Numbered from the stretch's first letter, positions 37,736 to 51,211 are shown. The stretch is 64,000 nucleotides of DNA from Hydrolagus colliei (GCA_035084275.1 CM068746.1:14632001-14696000); one strand, 5' to 3'. The notes: a model not told the origin generated them from the letters alone. Numbers and translations are program-made.

Positions 37736-39701
37736 TAGAGTTGGTCACACCAATGCCTGTTTGTGGTATGTGCGCAAATTGGCTTCAGCATTTGTCTAAC
37801 AAATATCTTGCAGCACTTGATAAAAGCACAGCATGTCAAACCTTCCCAGACTCATGTTTAAATCAGGATTTCATATTCATTCTGCAATCCTTCAACACAC
37901 TTTACACAGCTGAGCAGAAATGATCTTTTGTGCTGAGTCACATTGAATTTCTAATGGCAGCAGCAGTAAGGCCAATGTTAATGATGATGATGATGATGAT
38001 AGCAGGATACTATCCAGGCTTTGATGCATGAGATTCTCATCTTTTAAGTACAGTATATCAATTATTGAACTATTCTTTAAACAATCAACTGAACATGTAA
38101 TGAGGTTGAATTTAAAAAAACTGGAAATCTTTGATTGTATTTACACTGAAGCCACCTTCCTTTAGATTCCTCTCTGTCAACAATTATGTGACTTCCAAGA
38201 CTCTCAATTCGAGACTGTGGTTTCATTGCTCGACACAGCTGGCTCTGTGGAGACTGAGATGTGATGCTGTAACTCATCCTGTCCTTTCACCTCCACAGTC
38301 TAGGTTTGAGTATAGCTGGGAATAAGGCGGTAGATGTCTCCTCTCTCTGCTGGTCTTAAAGTGCAAGGTTTTACACAAAAGGTCTTTTGTGTAATGAGTT
38401 TGACAATCTCAGCTCAGTGTCCACTGGATATAACACAAAGCTCCCCACATTTTGCCACAAATCAGCACTAAATTGGCAATCTCATCGGCCTTCGGGAAGA
38501 CTGATGTGTGAAATTGAAAGAAATAAACTGATGCTGTTCTGGTATGGGGTTAAGGCAGGCTGTTAGTATAGAATGGAGCAAACTGTATGTAACCTGGGAG
38601 TGTTTGTTGCTCCAGAAGTGGAAATGTAACCCATTTTCCAACAGGCACAAAACATTAGAAATTAGAAATAAAAGGACCAGTAGCTGTTGGCATTCGTGCA
38701 AAACCTAAACGCAACAACATCCAGAATAGGTTTTACTCCTCTCCTGTCACTTGCGTTGTAGCAGTGCGGCCGGGAAAAGGTTATGGGATATATTGTTTTA
38801 AAGGGACTTGATCGCAGTGTAGAAACTCAGGTGATGTGTTTTGCTAAAGGCCAATTGAAAATCTCGTGCAACCCAGAGCCTCAAGAAGTGTCAGTTGCTT
38901 TTGCTCATATGTGAGTCAACTCGTTGCAGTTCTGTGCAGTGATACAGGTGATCATGGTGTACTGTCATGTTTATAAATCACTATTTAAAAAAAAATAGGA
39001 TTACTTGATTTTGAAGTTTTGCACTTTATTGGAGTGTCAGCCTGGTCTATGACTTTAAAGTTAGAAAGCAATAAGCTGAGCCAGCTGTCATTTTCATCCA
39101 GCTAAGTATCCTAAAAATGTGTAAAATTATATTGTATTGCTAACATCCTGATTTATAATATTACCTGTATAGACAATGTTACCTTTTGTTTTGTATTTCA
39201 GTTTGCCGCATGCACAAGATTGAGCAAATCAACCGTATAGCTGCGAAAGATTATAATTCCAACCGAATGGGATTTTCCTTCAATAAAACAATGGGAGCTT
39301 TATTCTAAATAAGTCTCCAACGTATCAGGTGTTCTCAGTTGGTTAGAATATGTTGTTGATACGATTGCTACATCTCTATTTGACAACTTTTGCAAATACC
39401 AGGCCCATTCATGATTCTTACATAAAATAATACATCAAAGTGAGTCGAATCCATTTCTGTTTGTTCCTATCTAATCCAACGCCCTTTCAGTGGAGATATC
39501 AATATATAAATACAAAATATTACAGTAGTGAAACTAAGGATTAAGGTGTGATGAATGCAAATATCAGATGTGTTGTGGAGATTTTCTTGAATGGAATCGT
39601 GCATAGTCTTCTTATAGGACTAATTTCCCTTTTTCTGTTCAAAATAAGGTTATCAACCTGCCTCTATTTTTCTTCCAACAATATGAGTTGTACATTTAGC
39701 T

Positions 39702-40010
39702 TAATAATAATAATCTTTGCATTTGATATAGCGCTTTTCACATCTTCCAGACGTCTCAAAGCGCTTCACAGAATATACTGTAAAGTGAATTGACTGTATA
39801 CTTGGGGGCAAAACGTGGCAGCCAATTGCATACAGCAGTGTCCCACAAACTGTCGTGGATTGAAATGACCAATTTTTTTTTTGAGGGATTATTATTAGAT
39901 ATGTGGATTAAGGAAACTTGCTCAAGGCTTTGCCCTGACCTGCCTGGATTCGAACACAGGTCTCACGCTTGTAAGGCGAGTGCTCTAACCACTGAGCTAC
40001 AGGAGCTCCA
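39702..40010 (-). mobile_element. Full-length tRNA-derived SINE (near consensus)
   Basis: Minus strand TGGAGCTCCTGTAGCTCAGTGGTTAGAGCACTCGCCTTACAAGCGTGAGACCTGTGTTCGAATCC... Confidence 0.93.
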
Positions 40011-40057
40011 CAGAAGTCAACACAGGTTATGTTTTTATGTGGTCTAGTATAATCACT

Positions 40058-40715
40058 ACAGCTTAACATGAGCAAGATGGAAGCTGTCCTACTTGCTCCA
40101 GCCAATTTCTCCTCACTTGTTGCTTTGTTCTCCTCAATCTCCCCATAATCTCTCTCTCAAATTCCTTGAATCAGTCGGCAGCTTTGGTGGTTCATTCGAT
40201 CCTCATCTCTCTTTCCTTCTTTCCTCACACTTGGACTCTGACCTTCGTGATCCCCTCCCCCCACACCTCACCATGATCATACAGGGATAACTATTGACTG
40301 CTTTGGACCAAATTGTTGGTCGATTTGATATCATATCAATTTGAAATAATAATATCCCTTGCCATATTTTTCAGCCAAAATATTTTTATCTGAAAATGTG
40401 CTGCCTTTTGTGCTTCTCAGCCAGTAACCCTGAATTTCTCTAGGTCTTCACTTCCATCCCTCCATTTTTCCCTCTATTTGTCTGGCTTCAAATCACACCT
40501 GAGGACTTTCCTTTTTGACCATGCCTTCGGTCAATTCTTCTCCTTTTCAGGCTCAGCATCAAGCCATAGTTATGTTAAGCTCCTTGATCTCTCCCTGTTC
40601 AACTGCTAAATAAATGCTTCTTGTTGCTAAATAAATGCTGGTTGTTTCAGCGCCTTGGGACATCCTCCTGAAATGAAAGGCGCTCTATAAATGTAATATG
40701 TTATTGTTGTTGTTA
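40058..40715 (+). mobile_element. Fragmented old L2 plus L2 subfamily B tail
   Basis: QLNMSKMEAVLL-like start; ttcaaatcacacctgaggactttcctttttgaccatgcc; tail at about 40645-40715. Confidence 0.65.
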
Positions 40716-41129
40716 GTTCTTTAGTCAGTTTAGTGATTAAAATTATTAGCATTCCAAAGACATATTCTGGTTTATAAAACAACCAAAACATTTTTATATT
40801 ACTGCATTCTAATTCCATTCTTGAAAATGATACCTAATAAATATCACTAAAGCATGTATTTATTTTATTCTAGGGTGTCCACAGGGATACTGGCCAATAT
40901 CAATGTCAAGAACAATGTGTTGTATCTGATAGTCACGTTGGTTGCCTCAGTGGTTTGGAAAGTTCAGAGCTAGAGTTTTGATTACTGCTAGCCTCAGCAC
41001 TTTCTACCTTACATTGATCTTTATTTCTCGTTCAATCGTGGAAGAAAAAGGCCCAGTTTCATAGCTGTTGTTTATGCTGAGCAGGACTATCCCTGACCTA
41101 GATCGAATTAAACTTTTCATTCAATTCAC

Positions 41130-41289
41130 CACTGTTGTGCGCAATTGGCTGCCGCGTTTCACCCACAGAATACGCAGAAATTTATTTTATTGTACATTCT
41201 GTGTGAAGCACGTTGAGACGTTTCAAAGTCACGATAAGGCAGTATATCCAATGGTCTCAATAAAATCAAGGATTATGATGATTATTATT
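41130..41289 (+). mobile_element. Old SINE 3' half
   Basis: gtgcgcaattggctgccgcgtttcacccac plus tail. Confidence 0.75.
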
Positions 41290-41297
41290 GGGAACAC

Positions 41298-41425
41298 TCC
41301 AGTTCTGACGAAGAGTCGTGGACCCAAAATGTTGACTCACTTTCCTTTCTCCATAAATGATGCCTGTCCTGCTGAGTGTTCCCAGCGTTTTCAGATTTCC
41401 AGCATCTGCAGCATTTTGCATTTTA
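41298..41425 (+). mobile_element. Solo Penelope terminal repeat with hammerhead-like motif
   Basis: CAGTT-CTGACGA-AGAGTC-gtg-GACCC-AAAA-TGTT-GACTC, then the same downstream sequence as 37665-37735. Confidence 0.8.
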
Positions 41426-41774
41426 TTATACTTTTTAATACTTAAACCTCAATCAAAGGAAATGATCTCTGAAATAGAATAAAATACCATACTGTATGTT
41501 GATGTGGATGAGGAGTCAGGCAGCAGAGTTGCAGACACTGCAGTGCATCAGAAACGCAGCAATACTTCTGATCAATAATAAATAATAAAGTTTACAAAAA
41601 AGCTGATTTTTTTTTTAAAAAGCAAACTGTTCACTTTGGGGCTGTTTTGGGGACATTGCTATCTATATGCATACTGACTCTCAATGGTCGCCCACAAATA
41701 TACGATCATTGCATTTTACATTTCATAGGTGCTACGTCAAGTGCAAGGAATATTGTTTTCTCCTCTACAATAGG

Positions 41775-42140
41775 CCGTAGCCTGCATCCTCTCCCACACC
41801 AGGCTTCGTGACCCTACCACCTCCGTCCCGCCTGACTGGCTTTCCATCACACAGAGGATATAGATTAAGATCCTGGTCCTCACCTTCAAAGCCCTCCATG
41901 GCTCTATAATCGCTTAACCTCCTATCAACCTGCCCACTCCCTCCACTCAGCGTGCTCTGGCCTGCTTCAAGTTCCCCTGCCTTGCCCACCCCACCATTGG
42001 CAGATGGGCCTTCACCCACTCTGCCCCATTCTCTGGAACTTCAAGCTGCAGCCCTTCTTGCCCACTCCTTTGCTTCCTTCAAACCCGTTTGAAGACTCTC
42101 CTCTTCGACACATGCCTTCAGTCACCCTCCTTTCACCCCC
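41775..42140 (+). mobile_element. Old L2 3' fragment
   Basis: actggctttccatcacacagaggatatagattaagatcctggtcctcaccttcaaagcc. Confidence 0.8.
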
Positions 42141-42399
42141 CGGTGTTTTTGTTTTGGATATATTGTAAAAATAACAATTAAGGCAGGACATTCTCCTATG
42201 CTTCTGGCTTCCTTGTCTCTCTATTGACTGTGTAATTGAGGAGAAACAGGCAGTCTGATGCATCTCCAAGCATGCAGTTTGATGACAATCAAAGGAAGAA
42301 AAAAAATTAATCCTAAAGCTATCTCAAGTGGAATTTCTGTCTCCTGTGTTCTTCCTGTAGGGGTGAGCTCTCGGGTTTAATATTGAATAAAGTACATCA

Positions 42400-42672
42400 T
42401 GACTTCCTGTAGCATATTAGTTAGATCACTCGCCTCAAACCCCTGGGTTTGATTCCCAGACCAGGTGAAACAATAGGCAATTTTCCTTACTCCATATGCC
42501 TCTGTTCATCTCATAGTTGTTGGGACCAGGTTCTTAATCGGTTGGCAGATTACTTTACCGGGGACAATAATCGCTTAAAAAAATGAATAATGATAATTTG
42601 GTTTCTCAATCTACGACTGTTTGAAAGACACTGCTGTGTGCAATTGGCTGCCCCGTTTCACCAACAAAATAT
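42400..42672 (+). mobile_element. Old long-variant SINE (extended CORE-like segment)
   Basis: tRNA head, ggcaattttccttactccatatgcctctgttcatct..., ttggcagattactttaccgggg, Deu-like block. Confidence 0.7.
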
Positions 42673-43494
42673 TCAATATGTAGTATCAAGGTATAAAAAT
42701 ATTATAATAATTCCTTTGAGTTCTGCCGTTTTAGCTGTATGTGGAATTTTGATGCACCCAACTTTTACCCAATTGTCAATTGAAGACAGACAGCTTAATC
42801 TCCTTGCATCAGCTTGGCACAAGGGGAAAACTCAATCAGAGCAAAAAAGAAACAATTTGCTAGCGGTTTTTACCTCGTGCAGCTGAAGTCGTTCTCCTGA
42901 GTGAAAGATTGGAGCATCCTCGAAATAGAAGTGTAAGAGGAATTGATTGGATCGGCCTGTTCTTAGCCAGCCGGCTAATTGTTAAAGACTTACTTCTGTC
43001 AATATTCATTACTCTGAAAACATAACAACATCTGTCGAGATAGTTTGTGAGGCCTGTGAGGGGGGGAATGTTGGCTTCCCATCTCCTTGTCCCAAGAGAA
43101 AAGCTGTCATTCATGACGGGATCTCTTTACTTCCATGGGTTCATTAAACTGGATGAAAATATCGTGCAGTTGCCATGTTCTGTAATTGCCAGTAATGGCA
43201 CCACACAGGAGCTATAATTAAAGCGAAGACTTGTTCTATTAAACCTGACATCAATAAAAGTGTGTGTTCCCATAGGAAGAACTCAAATCAGATATTAAGT
43301 CTTTGATGCGAGAGTGGGTATCACTTTCTTGAGCCCATTTACAATCCTTAAAGTCTTCAATGCTGCTTCACTGCATAAAATATAGCATAGCTTGTATTTG
43401 GAAACATTTGTTCTTACCGAAGGGGTGAGGAGATGGTTTAGCCAGAATACTGTTTCACACCACTGCAGTACAAAGGCAATGCTATTGATTTGGT

Positions 43495-43995
43495 TTGGTC
43501 TCCCGTTAAAATGACTGTTTGTGAGACACTGCTGTGCGCAATTGGCCACCGCATTTCGCCCACAAATATGCAGTCAATTTTCCTACTCTTCTTCATTCTG
43601 ATCCAACCCCTCACCCCCTGCCCTTGTCCCTAACTAACTGTAACAGTGCCTTGGGATGTCCTCTCAATGTGAAAGGCACTATATAAACGTAAGTTTTGAT
43701 TGATTTATCTAGAAGACGTGAAAAGCGCTATATCAAATGCAAGGATTGTTATTGTTATTGTTGTTACTTCATGTCCCCCACGACAAGTGTCCCACGATCG
43801 CAGAGTAGGCTTTCAACCTTTCTTCACCCATTCTCTGGAACACCACCCACGAGTCCCTCCAACTCGTTAGGTCCCTCACCTGGTTCGGGGTTCATCGCAA
43901 GACCTGCCTCATTGATAGTGCTTTCATTCATCCTTTCCCTCCCACGCCTCCCACCCTCAGATCAAGTGACAGGCTCCTTGGCTCTGTACAAATTT
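43495..43995 (+). mobile_element. Cluster: SINE Deu fragment, L2-B tail, SINE tail, old L2 fragment
   Basis: Recognisable motif blocks in series. Confidence 0.65.
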
Positions 43996-44662
43996 CAATT
44001 TATAATATACGCTATTGGCTTTATCTCTACATAGTCCGCTGAACTCCTCATATTACTAAAGAGTTGGTTGTACAACTAGCATTTGGGACGTCCTCCCAAC
44101 GTGAAAGGCGCTCTATAAATGTAATTTTGTTGTTGTTGTAATAGCATTAGATGGATGCTTTGTTGGATAAGATAGTTGAGAGAAGGAAGCACTTCTATGG
44201 GCTGAATGACCTTCACTCACCTTGAATTGTTCTTCTGTTCTTCTGTCCTTATTTGAAAAGTGACAGAAATAACTGTTTTAATGCGAACAGTTGTGTACAG
44301 ATATTAATACTTTATCATTCATGTCTTCATCACACAGCCACTGTCAATATGATTTAATGCCACAACCTCTTTGTTTGCGATTACACCGGGTGTACTTAGT
44401 TTGGTGAACACGAGCAGATTGAAGGGGGCAGATTAAAGGCTACGGAATTGACAGCCTAATGTGCTGGCTATAAATGAGTTATGGTTGCCAGGATTTGCTC
44501 AGAGAAAAACTCACTGCTTGTTGGATCCAATTTAGCATCTTATTTACTTCTATATATATATATATCTCTGTATCAGGTGCCCTCTGAGACATCTCTATCC
44601 AGGCTGAAAAGCCATAGTTTATCCAATTTCTCCTACATAATCCATCGCTCTAAAACTAGAGA

Positions 44663-44801
44663 CCTGCTGTGCGCAATTGGCTGCCGCGTTTCGCCCATAA
44701 ATATACAGTCAATTCACATTACAGTATTTTCTGTGAAGCGTTTTGAGACGTCTAGAAGATGTGAAAAGCGCCATATCAAATGCAAGGATTATTATTATTA
44801 T
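44663..44801 (+). mobile_element. SINE 3' half
   Basis: Deu-like block plus intact tail. Confidence 0.88.
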
Positions 44802-45497
44802 CATCTGCCTTTTTGCTCTTCTCTGCACTGTGTCCAGCACTCTCCTTATTCTTCTTAACAAGGAACTTAGACACTGACTTGCTTATAGAAAGTTCGACAT
44901 GAAATGACCTTTGATCTACAATAATTTAACATTTAGGCATAACTGTAATGTCATGTTAGACATATTTTTAAGCTTGAAGTTGCTCGTTAGCCTGAATTCT
45001 GCCCTCAAAGCTGAGGTACAGGTGCCAGTATACTTACCCACAAAATCAGCAGAGAACCTCAGGGATGCAGTTTCATTTCAAGTGTAAAACTCAAGTATAT
45101 ATGATAAGTAATGAGAACGGTTAATCAGCCTGCAGCTGCATATGGCAGTTTGTAGAATTTCTGAATTTAGCAAATTGTTATGTTACTTGTCGAATCCAAA
45201 GGCACTGGGGATAAATTGTATTGTCAGAGTATATTGTGTTGTTTCAATCTCCTTCATTCGCCACAACATTTCAAACCAAATCTGCTTCAAGGGCATCTTT
45301 GTAAACAGTGATATTTTGCCATTATTTCAGCGACTGCAAAATCGCAGAAGACCGAGCACGACGGTCACAGAGGAATGAAGTCAATTAATACAGGACAAAA
45401 GATAAATCTCAGAATATTTTAGTGCCATTGTTTTTTGTTTAAAATATTGCAAGCAACACAAAAACATTGTTGAAATGGCACAAAGCAGGCACATCAA

Positions 45498-45695
45498 TGA
45501 GGCCCATGCCTGTCTCTTCAGGTGAACGTAAAAGATCCTAAGGCAAGATTCGACAGACTAATTGGTCGCCCTCTTTGGGACTTTACTGGCATGAATAGCT
45601 ACCACATTTGGTTACAGATAGTCACTACACGATGATGGTAATAACTGGTGAAGTGCTTTGAGACTTTTTAAAGTGATAAAGTGCTATACAAGCGT
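45498..45695 (+). mobile_element. Old SacSINE1-like DeuSINE relic
   Basis: gaggccc...tcaggtgaacgtaaaagatcc...gtcactacac...gaagtgctttgagac. Confidence 0.65.
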
Positions 45696-45981
45696 TCCTT
45701 TTTGACTGACAACACTTCTCAAGAATAAATATTGTATTGTTTGCTGATGAATATTGATGTCCCCGCTTTTATATACACCACTACACTATTTGTCAAGCTG
45801 ACAAAGAACAATTAAAGTATTTTAGATACAATAAAGAGTCCATTAAGATATGGTAGGCCTCTGTCATGTGCATTGTTGCAAAGTGTAATGCTTTGTTTTA
45901 ACTACTCTTACCTTGTTACTCAATGATGGCAAAGTTTAAGCAGCCCATTTAAAGTAATTCCAGGTACATCGCATATTGCAG

Positions 45982-46302
45982 TATAATAATAATAATAATA
46001 ATAATCCTTGCATTTTGATATAGCGCTTTTCACGTCTTCTGGATGTCACAAAACGCTTCACAGAAGACTATAAAATGAATTGACTGTTTATCTGTGGGTG
46101 AAACGCAGCTGCCAATTATGCACAGCAGTGTCCACAGACAGTCGTGGATTGAAAATTATCTATTTATTATAGATTTTTATAGATGGATTATTAGTAGGCA
46201 TGTGGAGTAAGGAAACGTGCCTAAGGTTTCGCCCTGACCTGCCTGGATTCGAAACAGAGGTCTTACGTTTGTCAGGCGAGTGCTCTGAGCTGCAGAACTC
46301 CA
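45982..46302 (-). mobile_element. Full-length tRNA-derived SINE
   Basis: All modules present. Confidence 0.9.
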
Positions 46303-47869
46303 TGCTATGAACATTCATTTAATGGTAATAATCCTTGCGTTTGATATAATGTCTTATCACATTGTTGAAATGTCTCAAAACACTTCACAGGATTTAGTGT
46401 AGAATGTAATGTTTAGTGTAGAATCCCAACGCCTTGCGACGTCCTCCCGACGTGAAAGGCTCTCTATAAATGTAATTTTTTTTTGTTGTTGTTGCAATAA
46501 CATATCTCGTAGGTGAATGATAAAAGTTAAAAGGAAGTAATTTGCCAGCAAACACTTTGAATAATGTATCCCATCTGAGATGATTGTTAGTGGGAAAACC
46601 TATCTGCAATAAAATAATTGGACAAACAGGAGGGCAACATGGTAAAGTGCAATGTCTTGAGCTGAATCTCTTCACAACAAATACTGTGCTGATGATGATA
46701 TTTATGTTAACCATTGAAAAATAGCCTCTCTGAGTCAGAAGACATTGCCCTGGTTTTGGTGTATAGTTGTGTGTTTCACAGTCTCGGCATATTTTAACTT
46801 ACCTTAATCAGAGACTGTTTTCGGAAGCTACATTGAATAGGAAGGAGCTTAGAGCGTAGAGGGTTAAGGTTAACATGGTTTAAATTGCGGTGAGAGCTCA
46901 TTCTGTTATTTTGCTGCTTGCGAGTAGAGGTGAAAGGAAAAAGATAGAGCTGTCATTATATTCTTACAGCGTCCAAATTATACAACTTCTTTCACATTAC
47001 TGCTTTGGATTTCAACTCTATCATCAGTGAGCAGAAATTCTATAAATTTGTGATTTCAATGCCTTATTCAATCCTTTAATCTCAGTCGGATCAATAGACT
47101 AAACCAAAGTAGTTTTTAGTTGATAGTCTCACCTACTCCTCTACTTTTATGCATTACACACCTTTTTCTTGATCTCTGTTCAGGAAAACGTCTACAAATG
47201 TGGACCATGAAACATGAACCAACAAGTATCTTTCTGTACATGTAGCAATTGGTTTGATAAAATATTTATTTTACTCCACCACCTTTTGAAACACTTCTAA
47301 GCACTGGCTGCACCACTGCTTCTAAAAGTGAACTCATAATCACAAGAGCTGATACAAGGGAAAATTGCAGTTTGTTCTCCTTGCAAGCAAGGACAATATT
47401 GAACTCTCCAACACCAGATACAATGCAGAACAACATTCTATTAATGTCGAAATGTGACCAGTCCTTCTCCCGCAAGAAGAGTTGGGGGTCAGAAGACCAT
47501 AACCTTGTGACCTACCCATATATCAAAGTGTTTATAATGGCTTCTTATGATACAATTGTCTAGAATATGAGGACAAATTTAGCACCATGGGTTGTATCTA
47601 TCAAGGATGGACTGTAGCTGCCCAGTGTAATTTCCCACAGTGGTCCTAGGAGATCATCATAATGAATAAAAAATTATTTATACTTGTACCACTTGTTTTT
47701 TTTATTGCATGCAAATATTCGAGTGATGTTACAACAGAAATGGAAAACATAGAACAATGCATCTCACAATTTACAATGTTTGCTGAATAAATTAAAGACC
47801 CATTACTTTGTTTTCTTTTTAACAACCAGCTGCGATTATAAACGTGGAGTGAATAAACAACTAAAAGCA

Positions 47870-48213
47870 TGGAGCTCCTGCGGCTCAGTGGTTAGAGCAC
47901 TTGTCTTGCAAGCTGGGGAGACCAAGCTGGGGAGACCTGTATTCGAATCCAGGCAGTTCAGGACGAAACCTTGGGCAAGTTTCCTTACTCCACATGCCTA
48001 ATAATAATCCGTCCAAAAAAAACCACAATAATAAAATTGGTCATTTCAATCCACGACTGTTTGTGGGACACTGCTGTGCGCAATTGGCTGCCGTGATTCA
48101 CCCAAAAAAATACAGTCAATTCACTTTACAGTATATTCTGTGAAGCGCTTTGGGATGTCGATAAAATGTGAAAAGCACTATATCAAATGCAAGGATTATT
48201 ATTATTATTATTA
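47870..48213 (+). mobile_element. Full-length tRNA-derived SINE with a 14-bp tandem duplication in the head
   Basis: CAAGCTGGGGAGAC twice at 47909-47936; all modules present. Confidence 0.92.
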
Positions 48214-50624
48214 AACCTTAAAGTTGCCTCTGTGCTTGGTTGCCTGTGAATAAAACATGCAAAATTGCAGGTGTTTTGAAAACCAATGGTAAATAGGTAA
48301 TGATCTATCTGGACAAGATACGGTTTAAGATTACCCAATGTTGCTAAGTCCCAGTTCTGGGACTGCTAATTACTTACAATTTATAAATATTGCAGAATTG
48401 GGGACTTCTTACAATTATCTTGAATATTATTGATAATATCAAACTGCATACCAAAGAGAATAGTGTTGGGGAGACAGGTAGCAGTCAAAGGGGTTTCAGG
48501 CATATATGTGAGTCTTGTCAGTCTAAATTGCCAGTCTAGCACATTCATACAGGAGATGTACATACACAGACACATGTTGACCAGGTGTCCATTACAAAGG
48601 TAGAAATGGATTGGGTTGTGATTGTCAAGTGTTCACTGAAAGTATCCAGTCAATACAAGGCTGTTCGATGTCTTGAGAAAATGTTTTATGTTAGATGATC
48701 CTGTAGATCTCCTTCGTAAGGACACATTTAGTACATTGAGTGAAGTCTTGGGGTGCCAACCAGGACATCAATGGCAAGGTTAGATCGATCAGGTGAAAAG
48801 TATGATACATTTGCTGGCCTGAAATGGAATAACCAAATCCTCAATGTCTTATTCTACCAGCATCCCAAAGAATTACACTGACCCCCAAGTAAATGATCTC
48901 ATTGGTTATAGGTGAAGGGTTAATGATGGCCAACAAGTCAGCAATATATACTGTTTCTAGACTGACATAAAATGAAGGTTGTCTGGATGGAGAAACATAT
49001 CTGTCAGTGAGCCTTATTGTGGGTTTGCTGGAAGTCTGGTGAGAGTAGCTAATCCATCACGTAGGACATTATTCACCAGTAGTCTCCAAACTACCTTAAA
49101 TTAGCTGCAGATAAGCAAAACTATTTGTTACTTAGGTTTATAGCCAAGCATTAAGGTCCAGGATACTATAGCAGCATGGCTGCACATACCACAGGACACC
49201 CGCCTGCCCTCAATTTCAAGGATTATGACAAGGATTATAAATCATCAACAACTGTCCCTGGGGATTGAGTGGTGCAGGGGTTTATTGTAAAGTCCTTTCA
49301 CTTTTATGACCTTTCCTTTGAATCCAGGCTGGGATGGACGTTTCCTATCTTTCTCAGCTGTAAATGATGTTACTGTGCAATGAGTTTGGTCTGTCTGGTC
49401 CAAGTTTTCAGTGGGCACAGCTCCACCACAGTAACATTTTCAGTCTAGCTCAGGAAACTTCATAAGGATTTGGCAAATGGAAATGTCAAACTGATGCAGT
49501 GAGCTGTGTTCTTCTGAAATTGAGCTGGTTAATCCAAGAGAGCCAGGTAGTCGATGGAGGAATGGCCAGCAATTGTATATTTTGAATTTATTCCTACTGC
49601 AATGCTGAAATGTACAGCACTTACATCACAATCAGAGCAGCTTTTTGCTGGAATGTTAAAGCTTTCCCTCTAAAATAAATTCCCCCCAAATTAAAATAGA
49701 AATGAAACCAAAATATGCGTTTTTTTAATAAAAAATATTTTGCTTTGCTATTTTCATCCCCTCTCAAATTATGACCTTGTTACAATTTTGTTTATTTTGT
49801 ATCCTGTGTAAGGGGCGCTATATAAATGCAAGTTGTTACATAGCAGAATTGCACAATAAATGGTGTGATTTCCATGTATCTGCATTCCAAACATTATTGC
49901 AAACGATCATTAGATAGCTTGCAAATCATTAGATAACTTTCAAAATGTTCCAAGTTAAAGTAAATGTGAGATTTCATCATCTTCAAGTATCTTCCTAAGC
50001 ACAATTGTCACATAAGCGCCCATCAAAACTTTCATTGGACACAATTGGACTATAAACTGTTGCGAATAAAAGCTGGATTTGTGCCCGATGAGTGAGAGCT
50101 TTAGAGCAATATAGCATTGAACATTTCCTCTCCTGCTTTTTATTTATCTCGGCTTTACCCAGCGACAACTCACAAGCATAACAAAAAGGTTACAATGTCA
50201 GACCAAAATGCTATTGCTACTCATAACGATTAGAAAGGGAGAAAATCAGAATTGGCAGAGTCTGAGGTAAGCTTCATTAAATTTAACACTATACTGACAC
50301 ACAAGAACATGCACTCCCAATGCACAACACAATAAAATAAAGCCAGAAAAAAACTTCTGCGAGAAGATTGTATTGTGCTGTATATATTTACAATTTTATT
50401 TATCTGTCAAGGAGAAACATCAATAAAATATTGCTACAGGTTTAATTTCAGGCCATTTCCTTTCAACATTTATACTAATAAGCCATCTAATATAAATTGG
50501 CCACATTATTTTATTCAAAGGTTTTGTTTGCTTCTATTAGAAGATTTAAATGAACAACATATCCTAAGAGAAATATCTGATGGGTGGCATTTTTACATTA
50601 TTATTGGGCATGAATTTATAAAGA

Positions 50625-50770
50625 TTTGGGGATATGGGATATCAAGGGATATGGGGATAGGGCGGGTAAATGGAATTAGGTTAGAAGATCAGCCAAGATC
50701 TTATTAAATGGCATTGCAGGCTCGAAAGGCTGAACAGCCTACTCCTGCTCCTATTGCTTATGTTATGTTA
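50625..50770 (+). mobile_element. CR1 3' end
   Basis: gaagatcagccaagatcttattaaatggc...ggctgaacagcctactcctgctcctatt. Confidence 0.8.
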
Positions 50771-50852
50771 TTTACAAAGACAGTACAGTATGGAAATAAG
50801 CTAATCACCCCAACCAGTTGTCCAGATTAAATAATGATTTAACAAACGTATT

Positions 50853-51053
50853 TAATAATAATCACAATATTGATCCCTGCATTTGATACAGCACCTTATC
50901 ACATTGTCAGGACGTCTTGAAGCTTCAGCGTTTGCTTCAGAAAATATACTGTAAAGTGAATTCATTGTACATTTTATGGGTGAAACTCGGCAGCCAATCA
51001 TGCACAGCAGCGTCACACAAACAGTCGCGAATTGAGTGACCAGATTTTTTTTA
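50853..51053 (-). mobile_element. SINE 3' half
   Basis: Tail plus Deu-like block. Confidence 0.8.
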
Positions 51054-51211
51054 ATTGCCATTTATAAAATGACAGAAGCAATTTTAGATTTTTTGAAGAT
51101 AATTGGTTCCTATTTTATATCTGTTTAGACATGATTTAGGAACAGGAGTTATCACTTTCCCAATTCTCTCCCTATTAGAGCACTCACCTTACAAGCCAGA
51201 GATCAAAAGGC

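Larger units (their letters stand above)
36765..37810 (+). mobile_element. Old SacSINE1-like DeuSINE split by the Penelope insertion (36765-36883 and about 37738-37810)
   Basis: gctgacact...tgcagtactg...gatgttaaatcaaggtccc, then ctgtttgtgg...gcgcaaattggct after the insert. Confidence 0.6.

Noticed and set aside
39940-40010. tRNA gene (Val/Ala-like, with A and B boxes), also at 22561, 26781, 47870, 52377 and others
   Set aside because: These are SINE heads: always fused to the same body and tail, variable anticodon, no proper acceptor stem
48348-48365. 8-bp inverted repeat AGTCCCAG-tt-CTGGGACT
   Set aside because: Too short to exceed chance convincingly in 64 kb
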